Below, in pieces: positions 41,258-53,309 of a stretch of DNA of 64,000 bases. Below the pieces are notes generated by a model. That model searched no databases. It was not told where the DNA came from and was given only the letters and a program-made list of their open reading frames with translations. Positions within the stretch are counted from its first letter, which is position 1, and each line of letters begins with the position of its first letter. The position numbers and the translations under genes were made by a program. Source of the stretch: Paragordius varius (taxonomy: Eukaryota; Animalia; Nematomorpha); the NCBI GenBank assembly GCA_964247055.1, contig OZ176054.1, forward strand, positions 1,798,001 to 1,862,000. The letters are read 5' to 3'.

Positions 41258-42011
41258 CTAATTTGAAAAATATATTTGCCGATATTTATGTAAATAACTG
41301 ATCAAAAACTTGTAAGAATTTTTGTAATCAGTGGCAAATGTATTTTGAGATGTCTTTGATAATTGTGTAGTGTTTTCAGTGGATTTTGATAGCTCTTCTT
41401 GTGCATTAGAATAAACGTTGGAAGTTTGATTTGTATCAAACGAAAATAAATTGGAGAAAGTATTTATAAAATTTTGATAATTCATGTCTGTATTTAATAA
41501 ATTATTTGAAGGTTTCTGTGTACTATCATGATTATCCATCTTTGGTAAATCCATTTTCTAAATTTTATTATATAATAAGTATATTCGTGAAAATTTATCA
41601 GTCAAATATAATAGTTTTACATGTTTCTCTGCTGTATAGCGTAAACGATCTATCCAAAGCTGGCGCTCTTTGCTATCAACGGCTGCAACGTTATATAAAG
41701 AATACTTTTTAATTTTAGAACCTCATCATTTTTCAGAATATTAAAAATTAATGGATCTTCTTCGCTTGGTATGACCGAACTACCCTAATTGCTTAAATAA
41801 CAAAAATCTACTTGCAAAAATATCCTATTGCGTGGCTTGATATTTGCTTTCCAGGTATCTTCCGTCTAATAATAAAAAGTAACTATACAATGTAATAATC
41901 CAAAAATCCAGTTTGTGGATCTATCACAAACCATCGAAACTGAAACCCTTTGACCAAATTTGTAAATTTAAGCAAATATCCTCGTAGAGAAGTGTCAAGT
42001 TCAGCTGACAT
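41258..42011 (-). CDS. PH domain of oxysterol-binding-protein-related (ORP9/10/11-like) gene; exons 42011-41889, 41865-41812, 41784-41706, 41682-41621, 41557-41258
   Basis: Spliced translation MSAELDTSLRGYLLKFTNLVKGFQFRWFVIDPQTGFLDYYI|TEDTWKANIKPRNRIFLQ|GSSVIPSEEDPLIFNILKNDEVLKLKT|VDSKERQLWIDRLRYTAEKH| is a complete ORP-type PH domain. Introns are 23, 27, 23 and 63 nt, all GT-AG. In-frame upstream ATGs at 42023 and 42056 are possible alternatives. Confidence 0.85.
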
Positions 42012-42091
42012 AATTAAACGCATGAGGCTTATCGTAAAAACATTCTTCTGTTTCATTTACAAAGACGACCCCACGTTGCGGCAAAAACGGG

Positions 42092-42095
<4 letters not shown>

Positions 42096-42163
<68 letters not shown>
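42096..42163. repeat. (AT)~34 microsatellite immediately 5' of the ORP-like gene
   Basis: Perfect 68-bp AT run, 40-85 nt upstream of the candidate start codons. Confidence 0.95.
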
Positions 42164-42167
<4 letters not shown>

Positions 42168-42270
42168 TAAAATTTTAATTTTTTTTAAAATATACATTCT
42201 TCTGATTTTACAAATCTACATACACAATTCACGAAATTCTGTGCAAAGATGTCTTTAATATATTTTAGAT

Positions 42271-42545
42271 CAAGGGGTACTTAAACGCGGACCTTCGGGA
42301 CTTTATGTGCGGCCGTAAAAAATTTGAAAAATTAGAGTTTACAAAAATCTATTAATCGGATAATATTTCTTAAATAATTTTTATAAATATCTATCCAATT
42401 GACAGAAACTAGAAAAATTATTGTTTTGTGCTCGAATTTTACAGGTAATAATAATCAATTATTCATAAATAGATTTTGAATGCGGTCTCTATATTTTTTG
42501 AGTTAAAAACACGACCCGCGAAGCCATTTGTGTTGTACACCCCTG
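42271..42545. mobile_element. hAT (Charlie-like) MITE, 275 bp
   Basis: CAAGGGGT...ACACCCCTG termini with subterminal GCGGCC/CCGCG motifs; 8-bp flanks TTTTAGAT / TTCTAGAT (7/8 identical). Confidence 0.75.
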
Positions 42546-43647
42546 TTCTAGATCAATACGACAAGATTATCACGGTACTTTTAGTGTTGGGCTACACGAG
42601 TGATATTAGATAAATATTTTTATGATTTTATATCGAAAAATTTGAGCATAATATTTTTTTGGTAGAAATGATTTAGTTAACAATTAGAATAAAATTGTGG
42701 TAATGGTCCCAGACTATATTTATATATTTTAATACAAGCAAAATTGGGCCACAAATATTTTATTAAATTTTAATATAATTAAAAAGCTTTTGGCTTCAGG
42801 CCAATTTTCTGATAAACGTGACTGTGCCTTTATATATAAAAGTGGATGGTTTTATATATTTTTGAATGGACCAAACATAGTTTAGTTGCTTCTAAATCAT
42901 CATCTCAGTTAAAAACTATCCAGAAATAGGGGCTTTTAAATATAAGTTTTTAATTTTCTGGATAACGTGCATGCCTTTTTTATTCTTTTACGAATGTGCC
43001 GTCCATGGTCAGCTTTTAAATTAGCCCTACATTTCCCAATAAGATTAAAACCGTGTTTTTCCTCAAGTTATAAGCTGCAAAACGGCACAAATGTTAGCCA
43101 ATGTTTTTTTACACTCTAATGGTACCGATATCATATAATCTTTTTCAATACCTGCTAGGAAAAAGTCCCTCTCTGAATGCAGCATCAGATAAAAATGGCA
43201 TTGAAACAGCTTTTCGTATTATACTATGTGAGCAGACATGGTAGCATTGCCCTTTTCTTGATACACCTTGATCTAAGATTTTCCTTATAATATTTACATG
43301 TTTCTTCCCTAATATAGATAAACCTATTTTATAATAAAAATGTAATTTTTGGGCGGGGGTGGGTTGTCTTACCAGTTGCCTGGATTGTTATGCTCAATAA
43401 TTACCGAACTAAATGGGTAGGATTTGTTCAAAGCTATACCAATTATGTTTTATAATTAGAATAATAAAAGAAATGTTAGAGATTGTCCGCCACACCGTAG
43501 AAACAGTATATAAAAATACAATATATTTAGGTCACATTGTAAGAAAACCGGCATTAGTATAATTTTAGGGAAAAGGAAAAGTTATTTTGATTTATAAGTT
43601 TATTGAAGTATTTAAGTCTAATAAAAATCATCAGGTAGTGTATTAAG

Positions 43648-44226
43648 TTAACACTTGGATACAACACACTCATTTTAGTCCTTATTCAAATTGGGGTATT
43701 TGGATACCCCAGGCCTGTTTAAAATAAAATACTTTAAAAAATATGGAAGGAATTGAAACCATGGCAAAATTTTGCACTTATATAACATTAATAAACCGAA
43801 ATATATAAAAAATTTTATTTAAAAATACTTGATATTACTTATTTTAAACTAAAACCGAAAGGCAAAAATTTCGTCAACGTGACATGTGTGAAATATTAAA
43901 ATTAAAAAATGATACAAAATAAACCGCGTTTTTTATTTCCATCAATGTTATATGTAATTTAGATTAAAAATTAGCTTTAATTTTACCCTTAAAATTAAAT
44001 GATATTTACAAAAATTTTGTAAAATAAAAATGGCGTCGAAGTAACTTGACATGGAACTTTTTTCAAAACAAAATTTTAATAAGCTATTTTGGCATATTTA
44101 TATAATTTCTATTAGGATAGAAGCATAAATTTAAATTGGGACCGTTTCCTTCAGTATATTTTTAAAAATATTAATTTAAATTTAGTCTGGGGTATTTAGA
44201 TACCCCAATTTGAATTGAAGTGTTAA
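43648..44226 (-). mobile_element. Family A piggyBac-like MITE, reverse orientation
   Basis: TTAA-CACTTGGATACAACAC ... CCCCAATTTGAATTGAAGTG-TTAA; the reverse complement of the 24352 copy. Confidence 0.9.
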
Positions 44227-44483
44227 TATAGAAAAGATATAACTAAATCAAATCCATTAATTCTCGAAAATTTTTATGTGTATTAATCATTATATCATCA
44301 TCAATTGTGTTGAATATTTATAAACCCATTTTGAAATCAAATATTTTTATGCGTAATTAACCGTTTTATTATATGAATAGACAAATTTATTTGCAAAATA
44401 CTGATATAATTACAACTAGATATATTAAATAATGGGACACAAACATATAATACACGTATAGTATTACGAATCAATCTAATTTG

Positions 44484-45920
44484 TTATAGTTTTTGGAATA
44501 ATTTTGCTAATTTATTGAGAGCTATGGTGCGCATTTTTGCATCTATCGTTAAGGTGAAGTATACACAGAGTGCATTATTCCCATATTTTGTGAGATATGC
44601 TATGTTTTGAAACCATAACTCATATTTTGAATGGAAAACATCGGTCCATGGTTGATACATTAACATATATATGGTCATTGGTATGGTAGTTACCGTAAAG
44701 TGCAAATTAATCACAATCATTAACAGTGTTATTTGATAATCTCTTTCCTTCATAATACCATTATTTTCCGAGCCAGTAGTCCTAGAATTCGCATTGTGAT
44801 TCCGTATTTGATTACGTTTCTTGACAATAGCCATGAAATATTTCATGACATAAATATTACTAATGGTGGAAATAACGTACGGTGTAAAAGCTAAAGCAAA
44901 ATTTACCCAAATTCGATACCTGGGGAACCAAGGTCTTTGGGTATTAGCTTTGTGAACATATAACTTATGAATGTAAGGCTCCAACCTACTTTGTTTACTT
45001 AACATTGACATGTTATGCCTTTTCAAATAACTTGTAATATCCAATAAAAATATTTCCTTGCTTATAATCGAGGTTTCAGGGGCCGATATTTCATAATTTT
45101 TATTAACTGTCAAAAACTTAATCATTACCACATCAAACCCTAGGCTATATGGTATGGTTAGTGTGAGACATAGCATAAAGCCGACAATCATACACACTAA
45201 TATGACCTTGTTTGAAGCCACAGTCCGATATTTAAAGGGCCAACGGAGTGCACAAAGACGGTCCAAAGAAATGAACATTCTTAGAAAGTAACCGAAATGT
45301 GTAAATATATCCATGATAGGAAATCCCACTTTTAAACTATACCATGTGAATACGTAACTTTTTCTACAAGTTTGATAACATCCTATGTATAGCATGGGTA
45401 CCATCCATGCATTAATAGACACCAAAAAATCTGTAAGAGCCAGACCCTTTATGTAAAGATAAATATTATATTTTTGGCCCGCTTTTCTTGTTCCGAAGGG
45501 CCATATTTTAGGTTTCCAAAAACGCATTTTTCTCTCCCTTTGAACAGATGACAATCTCCTTCCTTCACTATTATATTTACTTGCCATGTTAGAATTTTGA
45601 GATTTGACATCCTTATTTTTTGTTATAAGTTGCTTGCTTGAGAGCGTCCCTACCTTTTCCCCTTCTATTCTTCCTCCTTTAAGATTGGTAAATTTTTCAT
45701 CGTTGTTAACACAAGTTGTTGTGTTAGTTGTTAGGTTATTTTCATCGGAATTCAAACACCACATGTAAAATAGATCGCCCAATATTCCAAGGCTTAACAT
45801 GGTGGGAAAAACAATGTTGTAACTGATATCTATCGAACGGTAAATATACCAAAGGGGGACACTCATATCTGTACGAATAGCATTACCATTTAAAGTTGTA
45901 TTATTGTATGAATTTAACAT
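44484..45920 (-). CDS. Intronless class A (rhodopsin-family) peptide GPCR, FMRFamide/sex-peptide-receptor-like, ~478 aa
   Basis: Seven hydrophobic segments; N-terminal N-glycosylation sequons (NNTT); TM1 GILGD; TM2 YLYIKGLALTD; TM3 ISLDRLCALRWP; TM6 TTIP; TM7 NNALCVY. The first in-frame ATG is 45920 (the ORF track starts at TTG 46004). Confidence 0.88.
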   Translation of the reverse strand: MLNSYNNTTLNGNAIRTDMSVPLWYIYRSIDISYNIVFPTMLSLGILGDLFYMWCLNSDENNLTTNTTTCVNNDEKFTNLKGGRIEGEKVGTLSSKQLITKNKDVKSQNSNMASKYNSEGRRLSSVQRERKMRFWKPKIWPFGTRKAGQKYNIYLYIKGLALTDFLVSINAWMVPMLYIGCYQTCRKSYVFTWYSLKVGFPIMDIFTHFGYFLRMFISLDRLCALRWPFKYRTVASNKVILVCMIVGFMLCLTLTIPYSLGFDVVMIKFLTVNKNYEISAPETSIISKEIFLLDITSYLKRHNMSMLSKQSRLEPYIHKLYVHKANTQRPWFPRYRIWVNFALAFTPYVISTISNIYVMKYFMAIVKKRNQIRNHNANSRTTGSENNGIMKERDYQITLLMIVINLHFTVTTIPMTIYMLMYQPWTDVFHSKYELWFQNIAYLTKYGNNALCVYFTLTIDAKMRTIALNKLAKLFQKL

Positions 45921-46395
45921 TGTATGACAAAATATTATTAGTTTGTGTTTAATGGATTTTTTTAATTTTAGTAAGCTAAATTGATAATAGAATCCAAAAT
46001 TCAATAGAGTTGATAGTTTTGAGCAAAAACTATTTTAATAAATATGATTTGTGTTTGCTATAAAACAACACAAACAATAAAAGTAATTTAATTAAAATAT
46101 TATGTTTTGATGCACCTCCAAACAGCGGTCAAATTAATTACGATAATTACACTCTGTAAGCGACCGATAATGATCAAAACATTTAATTTATTTAATCACA
46201 CTATTTTGACCAAAGCTTGCACATAGGTGGTAAAGATTAATAAATATATAATAATATAATATAATATATTGTAAATTTTCATAATTTTAGGTGTCGTTTG
46301 ATCTCTGAAAAACAGTGTGCAACTTTCATCCTGTAAAACTAGTTTTTGCCATTAATTATAATTAGATATCTTATTATCTAGAATATTCTTTAGTA

Positions 46396-46657
46396 TACCA
46401 TTTACAAATCAAATTCACCCTTAAACAATTCCAATTCACCTTTGAACAATCCAAATTTACCCTCGAACAATTCAAATTCACCCACGGCTAATATAATTCA
46501 TTATTATTATGTTTAATATAAAACAAAATTTCATTTTAAATGTAAAAATATATAGGTAATTTTAATCATAAAAAACATATAATTTAATTTAGGGTGAATT
46601 TGAATTGTTCGAGGGTGAGTTTGAATTGTTTAAGGGTGATTAAAAGTGCAAATGGTA
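46396..46657. mobile_element. Family B2 TA-flanked MITE with inverted 21-bp subterminal arrays
   Basis: TA-CCATTTAC ... GTGCAAATGG-TA; left units AATTCACCCTT(G/A)AACAATTC, right units are their reverse complement. Confidence 0.8.
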
Positions 46658-48949
46658 TATAATATGAAATTTGAGACCAAATGAGCATTGAAATATAAGT
46701 TGGTTCTAAAATATCATTTTATATTCTTTTAACTATTCTACCTTATTTTAAAATCGGTCGAAATATAAAAAAATTATGAAATTTTTATTTTAATCTACGG
46801 TTAAAATAGATGCATAGTTAAGTAAAGTCAGCTGTGGGCAGACGAGTGTTTAAAGCTTCTAGGGGTCATTAAAACAATTCTTTACATTTTAAAAAAAGGG
46901 AAAAGAGACTAAAAATGTATATTTTTTGTATACAAGATGGATCCAAATATAATTCTTCATTTCCTTTTATGATTCCATACGCCTTTCTTTAAATTCATAT
47001 TTATATATGTATTTAATAGAAAAATGCATCAGGATTTTACAGCTGCTTGCTTTTGTAATTCGTTGTCGATTGGAGAGACTTATTCAGTAGAATCACTATA
47101 TTACTAAGATTGTTAGCATAATTTTGCAAATCCAGACTTTCAAAGTTTTAGCAAGCCCCATGTGGCCCACGAGCTGCGTTTAACAACCAGTGTGGTAGAT
47201 TATTACATTAGTAATTGTTAAAAAAAGTATACAGCCTATGCTTAATGCTAAAAAACTAAAACATTACAATAAACACTTTTCATTACAATTTAATGACGCT
47301 AAACTATTCTATCTCCTTATAATTTTGATTAAAACGGTCTTCAAATTTAAACATATTTTCTATTTTACAAAAATTTGAAGATGAACGAATTCTTTGTTCG
47401 AAATTCTGAGGTGATAAAAATATTTAACTTAAACATATTATATAAAAAGGGTATTTATAATTTCGCAAAATGTTTTTCTACTGTTTTCACCATGTTCCGC
47501 TACAAAATACGGTTAATCAAATTTCGCTAAAAAATTTTAAACAAAGTATGCATTTTTTTAAAAAAAAAATTTTGTAGTAATCTTCCATATAATATTCTTA
47601 CTGCTGAATCTGGGCATTTTCGCGTTTATATTACGAAAACTAAACCATAAAAATTCAACAATTTAAGAGTTTCGATGCTCACATCACTTAAAACTTTTTA
47701 TAATTATTCGTCATTCAGTATAATGCAGGCAAATTTTGTGAATTTACTATCAATGAATAGCTCTAAAAATGCAAATAACTGTCTGATATCACTTGTAAGT
47801 CTCAAAACGGTCTGATAGAAAGATAAATTTTCCTATCAGAATATATATATTTTATCATAATGATTTTTGTGTTCGGTTTGTTATATGTAATTAACCCATA
47901 GTTTCTTTGACTCTATATCGCAATATTTAATATATATCATCGCGCACAAAATCGGATAACTATTCTGATAAAATATATATACAGATAGATAAATGTATAA
48001 TTCTATGATGATTTTTGTTTTGAATCTTACGAGCGAAATAGAAAAGTTATTGCCACTTTTCTGGTAAAATTAGAAAATGACGAAATTTGCGCACATTTTA
48101 TTACTAAACAATTTTTTTAGTCACAACTAAATGCTTTATACCAGAATAATACTGAAGGTTATCATGAATATATAAAAATTAAAACAATAATGTTTTAATT
48201 TTAGATAATAGATATAAGCTCCAAAAGTCTCAAATTTTCGAACCGTATAGGACAAGTTTAATTAATCTGAAATGCCGATATTGCGCAAAAATATATATCA
48301 AATAATAATATCATAGTTTTTACCGATGAAACGGTAAATAAACACTAAAATATTATATTGCGATCCGAATATGCGGTATAAAAATATCCTAGAAATATAT
48401 ATATTTCGATGGGAAAATGTAGGATTCGGTGCTTTTGATTTTGGCTACGAGCCATTCAAAAAATTTACACTTTGAGAAAGTGGTCTTTATGAGAAAATAG
48501 CAAAATTTGCGCGCACTTTGTTAAACAAAATTTTTTTGGGAGGGGCTTATTGCTTCATTCCAAAAAATATTACTAAAATATATTATAGACTACGTAAACA
48601 TTTTTACAAAACTTTAATGTTGAGCTCCGAAAGTCCCAATTTTTCGCCCAACTAAAAGGGATAGATCTCTTAAGGTAAATGCAAAAATTGCTAGAATTTA
48701 TGATAAAATTTTTTAACATAAGCTAGATCAGGGGTGTCTAACAGGTTAAAAAATTTTGAGTGGCTCTATAATAAATTTATTTAAAATGATTTTTTTGCAA
48801 AAAATTTATTTAAGAGTGACGTAAAATTTTTTAGGAAGTAAAATTTTAGATAGATTTGCATAAATTTTTATTATAATATTTTTTATTATTTTTCATCACA
48901 TTCATTTAATCATTTATTCCCTTCACATTTGGATATGACAAAATATGAA

Positions 48950-49870
48950 GAAATCTATATATATATATATATATATATAAATGGAAAGTGATGACTTTAC
49001 GATCTGTTTCCGGAAAACCGGTAGACCCATTCAAATCCAAATATCAAAAAATATAATTATTAATGAATGCTTCGACAATAGCTTCGCCATTTGAAAAAGG
49101 TCCCCAGTTCCGGCCTACCCCGTGTAAAAAAACGGTTTTTTTTAACAGAAGTCCACAAAAATTGTGTCTTTGAGACAATTTTCCCGAAAACGTGTTGGGC
49201 CATTCGATTTCAAATATGATTTTTTTTACTTATCGATTGCGCCGAACATAGTCGGCTCGCTTTTTTAATTTAAGCCCTCTTTTTACCCGCTCCCCCTGTA
49301 AAATGCCATTTTTTTCAAAAAGTCCACAAAAATAATTTTTTGAATCTTTTTCCCCCAAGATATGAGACAAATTTAATAAAGATTCCAGGTATTCCCTGTT
49401 AAAAGGCAAAAATTTTAGTCAAGCGTGATGATAGCTGCTGGGTAAGGAGATACCCGCTAAAAACTGACCCGTCATATCGAAATAGCGTGCTTTTGGCTAT
49501 AAATTTCAGAAAACCTATTAGGCCATATGAGTTGAATAGCTGCTCAAAATATTCCCCGTAACAAGGCAAAAATTTAGATCGTGAGTTTTTTAAAATTAGC
49601 CGTTAATTAGGCCCTTTCCGCCTTGAAAAATGCGCAACCATAGAATAATTTTTTAATTTAGAAGCAATTTTTCCAAAAACTAATGAGAGCATATGGAATC
49701 AATCATTATTCCAGGTATTTTCCGTAAAAAGGCAAAAATTTAAGTCGAGCGGTTTTTTTATATTAGCGGCTAAATAGGCCCTTTACGTCCTAAAAAATGC
49801 GCTATCATTGAACTATTATTTAGTTTCGAAGCCATTCTTCCATAAACTATTAAGAACATATGGAATGAAT
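48950..49870 (-). mobile_element. Family C element, reverse orientation
   Basis: Reverse complement of 11900-12890 (CGATTGCGCCGAACATAGTCGGCTCGC; GTTTCCGGAAAACCGGTA); a (TA)n expansion sits at the terminus. Confidence 0.8.
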
Positions 49871-51785
49871 ATTTGATAATTTTGCTCTCCATTTCATGAT
49901 GAAGCTATCAACGCTCTTTTTTTATTACAAATGGAATTAATTAATTAGCAATCCAATAATAACTTAAAATTTTTATTTGGGCAAACAAAATAAAATTGAA
50001 TATTATGAAAAATATATAAGGTCCGCGAAATTTTCTAATCTAGATCATTTGCTCAAAGATTATTTGGTCCTTTTGGATCTACCAATCTTTGTGAAATTTT
50101 TTCTAGAATGAAACATACTAAATTTATTATGTTTTAATCGATGATAACTTTAAAATGAACTAAGATATCCTGTATCAAATATTGAGATAGATTTAAATAA
50201 ATTGAGCAAAAAATTTAGAAAACAAATATATCATTAAAAAATTATTTTAAAGTTCAGGTAAAACTAAATGTCGATCATTAATGCGTTTTTTCGCATATTA
50301 AAATATATTTGGTTTTACTAACTTTAATTCTATTTAGTAAAAGCTATATATAGCAGTACTGATTTTTGAATGTCATTTAAAAAAGGTTCTGATATGATTA
50401 TGGTCTACAATTATGATATTATCAAATTCTTTAATTATTCCCACATATTTAAAGAAAATAACTTTGACAACTCTACTTCATTCGTCAAATCTTTTCCATA
50501 ATTCTGCTATATAATATTATTTAATTTATTGATAACAGCTAATTTAGCAATATTATAATATTTTTACTATTGCTTCACCAAATCTTTGCCATGATTAAAA
50601 TCTTTAGGCAAAATATCGATTTTTTATGAAAACATTTTTTGTTGTCAAGGTTTAGCATATATTTAAAATTTTATCACGCAATCTAGGCCCTTTCGCCTTT
50701 ATTTGAAAAAATCCATTTTGTGCGGATCCAAATTGACACTTTCAAAGTCCACATCTATTAAAATCAAAATATTGTTTGGCTTTTTATATACAGTTTGTGA
50801 TATATATAAATGTTTGGGAATGAAGGATTTATACAAAAAATATTTTTTTAAAATGTGAGTTCGCCATTTTCTGATATAAATTACCACAAAAGTGTAAACA
50901 ACTTTCGTAATTCACGATGATGGCATAAATCAAAAGCATCTTTGCGCACATGTTGCTAAATAATGTGTTTTTTAAAAAAGATTAACCAAATCTGAAAGCA
51001 AATCAACTTCTAAAATAAATTTCTTAAGTGATAGAAATGTAGAGCATCATGGTTTAAACATAGTGTTTTTATAATATCTTAAAGCTTTTTTATAATTTTT
51101 CCATCAGGCTTCAAAACAGTATGAAACATGCCTCGTCAAAATTTAAAAAATAAATTTTTCATGCCATATAGTAGGGGTAACCAACCTTTTTTTCCGCGGG
51201 CTACTTTTTTAATCACGCGGGCACGCATGATTCTTAGGTATTAAAAGATTCAATAATCACTTTAACACAAAAATATATCTTACGGATTGGGGTAACTAGC
51301 ACAGGCCATTTAAAATAAATAATACAAAAATAATTTTGAGTATTTTATATAGATTCCAAATTTTATCAAAATACTATTGCGATGATTCAGAAGACCTATG
51401 TTTGCCACAATCAGTACACATACTAAAACATTTACATTATTCAATTAATTAATTTTACAATGGATAAATTGTACATCTTGCCGGAGTTTAGAAGATTGAA
51501 ATAAAAAATGGATTTGTAACTCTTGGCAAGATTTTTATAATTTACCAGATTTTATGGATTACTGCGTGACAGATTTTAATTAATGGACATATGCTTCAAG
51601 ATAGTATCCATCAAATCGAAAAATGTATCGTGCTTGGTTAAGTCGTGCTGCATTTTTAGAAAGATTAAGACAATTTTACTACAAATATATATTACAGAGA
51701 AAAAATTATTCATATCCACAATAAATAGATATCGCTTCTTAACCTAGCTTTTTTCTACAATACAGAAAAATTGCACATTGCAAAT

Positions 51786-52093
51786 TGTTATCTTGGTAGA
51801 TAAAAAGATAATATTGGAAATGTGAAATGAACTGAATTATTTATTTGGTTTTTTAAGGTGTATATATAGCAATTTTAATTGTCCATGATTTGCATTATAT
51901 CAATAAAATTTCAAGTAACAAAGGTTATATATTTACATATAACACAAAAAATATAAAAAATAATACAATTCAAATACGGTGAAAGTTATGATATATAACC
52001 AAGGTATGTATTTCACATTTGCATATAACACAGAAAAATATGATATAAAAATAAAGTATATCTCTCAGATTTGCATAACATCACTTCCCCCTT
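51786..52093 (-). mobile_element. Polypurine tract plus candidate 3' LTR of the Gypsy element
   Basis: On the minus strand AAGGGGGAAGTGA directly follows the integrase stop and precedes TGTTAT (52080). A matching ATAACA is at 51786-51791, giving a ~295-bp TG..CA segment. The distal boundary is tentative. Confidence 0.55.
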
Positions 52094-53309
52094 AAGAGAA
52101 CCGGACCGGCTTCCGCTGAATTCTCTCGGGGTAACGTCGCTCGTGCGGATTTGCATTGATATTGTCATTATTATTATTAATGTTATCATTGCTACTTTCA
52201 TTATTATTATCATTTATTTTATCATTATTATTGTCATTACTATTGTTATTATTATCAATACTACTATCATTATTATTATTGTTATTGTCTATATTACTAT
52301 CATTACTATTGTTTGGAGTAACCGGTGCGGTTGAGTTGGCCGGTAGGTCTACGTGTTTCAACTGATCTGCATGCTTTCTGACAATCTTCTGGTTTACCTG
52401 ATCCCACACACTGTACGAAAGGAGACCCGTTCTATCAACAACATCGCCGGCTCGCCATCCAAAATTTTGTTCGTTTCTCATCATTACGGGTTGGTTTATT
52501 GAGAATTCACGGCGTGGCCGGGGTGCGTCTAAGATTTTTGCTTTTGTGTTGATCCAGGTGAGGGGTGTTTGAGATACTCGTTTGAAGAGTAGTTGAAACG
52601 GGGTTTCTTTTGTAGTCGCATGTATTGAATTACGATACGACCATAGAGTGGTATTGAAAGCTTCTTGTGGTGAAATATTATCATTTTTGATTTTTCTATA
52701 CTTGCCCTTGAGGGTCCCCACTAACCTTTCTACCATCCCATTACTTTTAGGATGATAGGGGGTTACCCTCACGTGTTTAATACCCAAGTTTGTTAGAGTA
52801 GTGGATGTGAAGTACGAATTACTGAAATAAGAAGCATTATCACTAATAACCGTCCTCGGAAACCCAAACCTGGCAAAGGTTTCCTCGAGTTTATGCAATA
52901 TGTTTACCGAATTAACCCGTTTTAACAAGAACCCTTCCGACCATTTTGATGAGCTATCAATCAATAACAACCAATAATACCCGTCAACTGGTCCCGCTAT
53001 ATCGATGTGTAACCGCTCCCATATCGCAGCATTTGGATCCCATTGATAAGTCGGATTTTCAACTAGGCTTGGCTTGTTTACTTGACATGAACTACACTCA
53101 CTGTATCTTCTTACCAAATCGTTCTCTAATTTTGGCCAAAAACAGGTAAACCTTGCCATTGCTTTCATTGTTTCTACGTTATTGTGCCCGCTGTGTAAGT
53201 AATTGACCACATTTGCCTGTAAGCTTTCTGGGATGATAATTCGATCGTTTAAACTGAGCAATCCGTATTGGTACGAAATCTCTCCCTTCCGATTCGTAAA
53301 CCCAGCCAA
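52092..53309 (-). CDS. Ty3/Gypsy (K02A2.6-like) integrase, 5'-truncated pol fragment with uninterrupted frame
   Basis: HHCC zinc finger (LHSGH...CSSCQ); rve core D(IAGP)..D(NA)..HPKSNGMVE; C-terminal SH3-like segment, Asn-rich tract and RRYPERIQRKPVRF tail. No gag/PR/RT/RH in the window. Confidence 0.93.
   Translation of the reverse strand: MAGFTNRKGEISYQYGLLSLNDRIIIPESLQANVVNYLHSGHNNVETMKAMARFTCFWPKLENDLVRRYSECSSCQVNKPSLVENPTYQWDPNAAIWERLHIDIAGPVDGYYWLLLIDSSSKWSEGFLLKRVNSVNILHKLEETFARFGFPRTVISDNASYFSNSYFTSTTLTNLGIKHVRVTPYHPKSNGMVERLVGTLKGKYRKIKNDNISPQEAFNTTLWSYRNSIHATTKETPFQLLFKRVSQTPLTWINTKAKILDAPRPRREFSINQPVMMRNEQNFGWRAGDVVDRTGLLSYSVWDQVNQKIVRKHADQLKHVDLPANSTAPVTPNNSNDSNIDNNNNNNDSSIDNNNNSNDNNNDKINDNNNESSNDNINNNNDNINANPHERRYPERIQRKPVRFS

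Noticed and set aside
43220-43555. Possible small secreted-peptide gene on the minus strand (MPVFLQ...NNPGNWEETCKYYKE...KKR)
   Set aside because: One strong donor (GTAAGA) but the first junction needs a weak donor, and several frames on both strands are equally open; not supportable without RNA data.
49950-50990. Minus-strand coding-like fragments in shifting frames (MCAKMLLIYAII..., GKDLTNEVELSK..., SEPFLNDIQKS...)
   Set aside because: Frequent stops, no phase-consistent exon chain and no recognisable family; could be a decayed pseudogene, but I cannot support it.
52071-52365. Ile-rich and Leu-rich plus-strand ORFs that look like transmembrane proteins
   Set aside because: Antisense shadows of the (AAT)-rich Asn tract of the integrase.
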